A stretch of DNA of 64,000 bases, taken from the IMG/VR virus record IMGVR_UViG_3300017750_000004; one strand, written 5' to 3'. The position numbers and the translations under genes were made by a program. Source of the DNA: a virus. This document shows positions 62,279-64,000 of the stretch, in pieces; position 1 is the stretch's first letter; each line of letters opens with the position of its first letter. The notes under the pieces are model-generated. The model was not told the DNA's origin. It ran no database searches and saw only the letters and a list, made by a program, of their open reading frames with translations.

Positions 62279-64000
62279 GGTAGCTATTGTTGAGAAACAA
62301 CCTAGCAAAATTAAGTATGGACAATACTTTGATTTTGACTTTGACCAATATCAGTTGTGTTCAGACCCGACAATTAAAAGAATCTTAAAGCGGGATACTG
62401 ATATTGAAATAGATATAGATTCTTATGACTGGCTAGTCCTCGTTGGCTCTGAGCCAGTGAAACATTTTACTACTGTAAATTCAGTTCAAGAATACTCAGG
62501 TAAAAAGGTAGATAAGAAATTCCTGCCTGTTATTAGTCCTGCTATGCTTGCATTTAAACCCGAAGCAAAGAAAGCTTGGGACGAAAGTGTAGAAAGTATT
62601 CATGGATATATCTCAGGCGAATTAGAGGATGCAGTTATTGATGATAGTATCGCCTTTGGTATTCAAGATACGGAGGAGGCAAATGAATTTATTCGTCGTG
62701 CCATCAAAGATCCATGCAGATACGTTGCTCTCGACTCTGAGACTACTGGGCTATACCCTAGAGATGGCTATATGTTGGGGATTAGTCTTAGTTATAATGG
62801 CAAGTGCGGGGCTTATATTGATACCGACTGCTTTGATGACAGCACTGAGTCACTTTTACAAACTTTATTTAATCAAAAAACCGTAGTATTTCACAATGCC
62901 AAGTTTGATATGGCATTCTTTGAGTATCACTTTCACTTTAAGTTTCCTCAGTTTGAAGATACTATGTTACTACACTATCTTGTGGATGAAAACCCAGGTG
63001 GTCACGGTCTAAAGCAGCTCGCAATCAAGCATACTAAGTACGGAGACTATGAGAAGCCAATGTATGATTGGATTGCTCAGTACAGAAAAGAGCATGGAGT
63101 TCTCAAGGATCAATTTACTTGGGATAGTATTCCTTTTGAAGTTATGAAAACTTATGCAGCTATGGATGCTGTAGTTACTTTCTTGCTATATGAAAAGTTG
63201 CTCGTTGTAAAAACTAATAAAAAACTAAAGAGTGTATATGATAATATCTTAATTCCTGGAACTAGATTCTTAATTGATACTCAGGATAATGGTGTTCCAT
63301 TTGATAGAACTAGACTGTTGTTTGCCCAAGAAGCAATGCAGACAGACATTGATAATGCTATCTCTACGCTTTATGAGAATGATAAAATACGGAGGTTTGA
63401 AGAATTAAATGGAAAATCTTTTAATCCTAACTCTACCGTTCAGCTTCGTGGTCTTATGTTTGATTATTTGGGCCTCAAACCGACTGGAAAAAAGACTGGC
63501 ACGGGCGCAGACTCTACTGACGCGGAAGTGCTCAAGGAACTCAGCCTTCAATCACCTGTACCGCAACTTATCTTGGACATACGACAAAAATCTAAAATCA
63601 AAAATACTTATCTTGACAAGATCATACCTCAATTGGATAGAGATTCTCACCTTCGTACAGGCTTTAATCTGCATGGTACTACTAGTGGTCGTCTCAGTTC
63701 TTCTGGTAAGTTAAATATGCAGCAGTTGCCTAGGGATAATCCTACTGTTAAGGGATGTATTAAAGCATCGGCAGGCCATAAAATAGTTGCCATGGATTTG
63801 ACTACGGCTGAAGTATACGTGGCTGCAGTGCTAGCAAAAGACGAAGCTCTAATGGATGTATTTCGTAGTGGAGGAAACTTTCACAGTACAATTGCACATA
63901 AAGTATTTAGACTGCCCTGCGCTGTAGAAGAAGTAGCAGAACTATATGCGGATCGAAGACAAGCAGCAAAGGCTGTTACCTTTGGTATTATGTATGGTGC
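62271..64000 (+). CDS. pol: Family A DNA polymerase (T5-like), partial
   Basis: MAKVAIVEKQP... with 3'-5' exonuclease motifs DSETTG, FHNAKFD and YAAMDA; TTSGRLSSSGKLN.QQLPR, motif A DLTTAEV, motif B RQAAKAVTFGIMYG; open to the window end. Confidence 0.95.
   Translation, partial: MAKVAIVEKQPSKIKYGQYFDFDFDQYQLCSDPTIKRILKRDTDIEIDIDSYDWLVLVGSEPVKHFTTVNSVQEYSGKKVDKKFLPVISPAMLAFKPEAKKAWDESVESIHGYISGELEDAVIDDSIAFGIQDTEEANEFIRRAIKDPCRYVALDSETTGLYPRDGYMLGISLSYNGKCGAYIDTDCFDDSTESLLQTLFNQKTVVFHNAKFDMAFFEYHFHFKFPQFEDTMLLHYLVDENPGGHGLKQLAIKHTKYGDYEKPMYDWIAQYRKEHGVLKDQFTWDSIPFEVMKTYAAMDAVVTFLLYEKLLVVKTNKKLKSVYDNILIPGTRFLIDTQDNGVPFDRTRLLFAQEAMQTDIDNAISTLYENDKIRRFEELNGKSFNPNSTVQLRGLMFDYLGLKPTGKKTGTGADSTDAEVLKELSLQSPVPQLILDIRQKSKIKNTYLDKIIPQLDRDSHLRTGFNLHGTTSGRLSSSGKLNMQQLPRDNPTVKGCIKASAGHKIVAMDLTTAEVYVAAVLAKDEALMDVFRSGGNFHSTIAHKVFRLPCAVEEVAELYADRRQAAKAVTFGIMYG

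Noticed and set aside
62271-64000. Intein or intron in the DNA polymerase
   Set aside because: The translated part is colinear with T5 polymerase motifs through motif B, with no large insertion evident.

Overview
The window is about 64 kb of a lytic T5-like siphophage genome (Demerecviridae-like), in an apparently circularly permuted assembly. The host is probably a marine gammaproteobacterium, inferred from gammaproteobacterial-type IscU and bS21, a Pseudomonas-type parS site and a UV-repair glycosylase. 1-42.6 kb (minus strand) is the late/structural module: fibres, a lambda-type M-L-K-I-J tail tip, tape measure, frameshifted chaperones, a pb6-like tail tube, a fused prohead protease-major capsid gene, portal, nicking HNH, TerL, spanins, small basic proteins, TerS, a second receptor-binding module and a DNA methyltransferase. 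About 42.6-45.5 kb is a visibly GC-richer segment resembling a miniature T5 pre-early (first-step-transfer/terminal-repeat) region. It holds A2-like, dmp-like and PPK2 genes and ends in a perfect chromosomal-type parS site and a promoter/repeat cluster. 45.5-55 kb holds early and accessory genes: A2 paralogues, a promoter/terminator-bounded structured non-coding region of about 560 nt, bS21, MazG-like, Hsp20, two endolysins, IscU with an internal ochre codon and a DenV-like glycosylase. 55-64 kb is the T5-order replication block: D3, PC4-like, split NAD ligase, D5, helicase, primase and DNA polymerase (running off the end). I found no tRNA, CRISPR array or integrase. Family assignments come from recognised motifs and remembered T5/lambda sequences, not database searches. 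The strongest leads are the parS at the first-step boundary and the large pseudoknotted ncRNA candidate.
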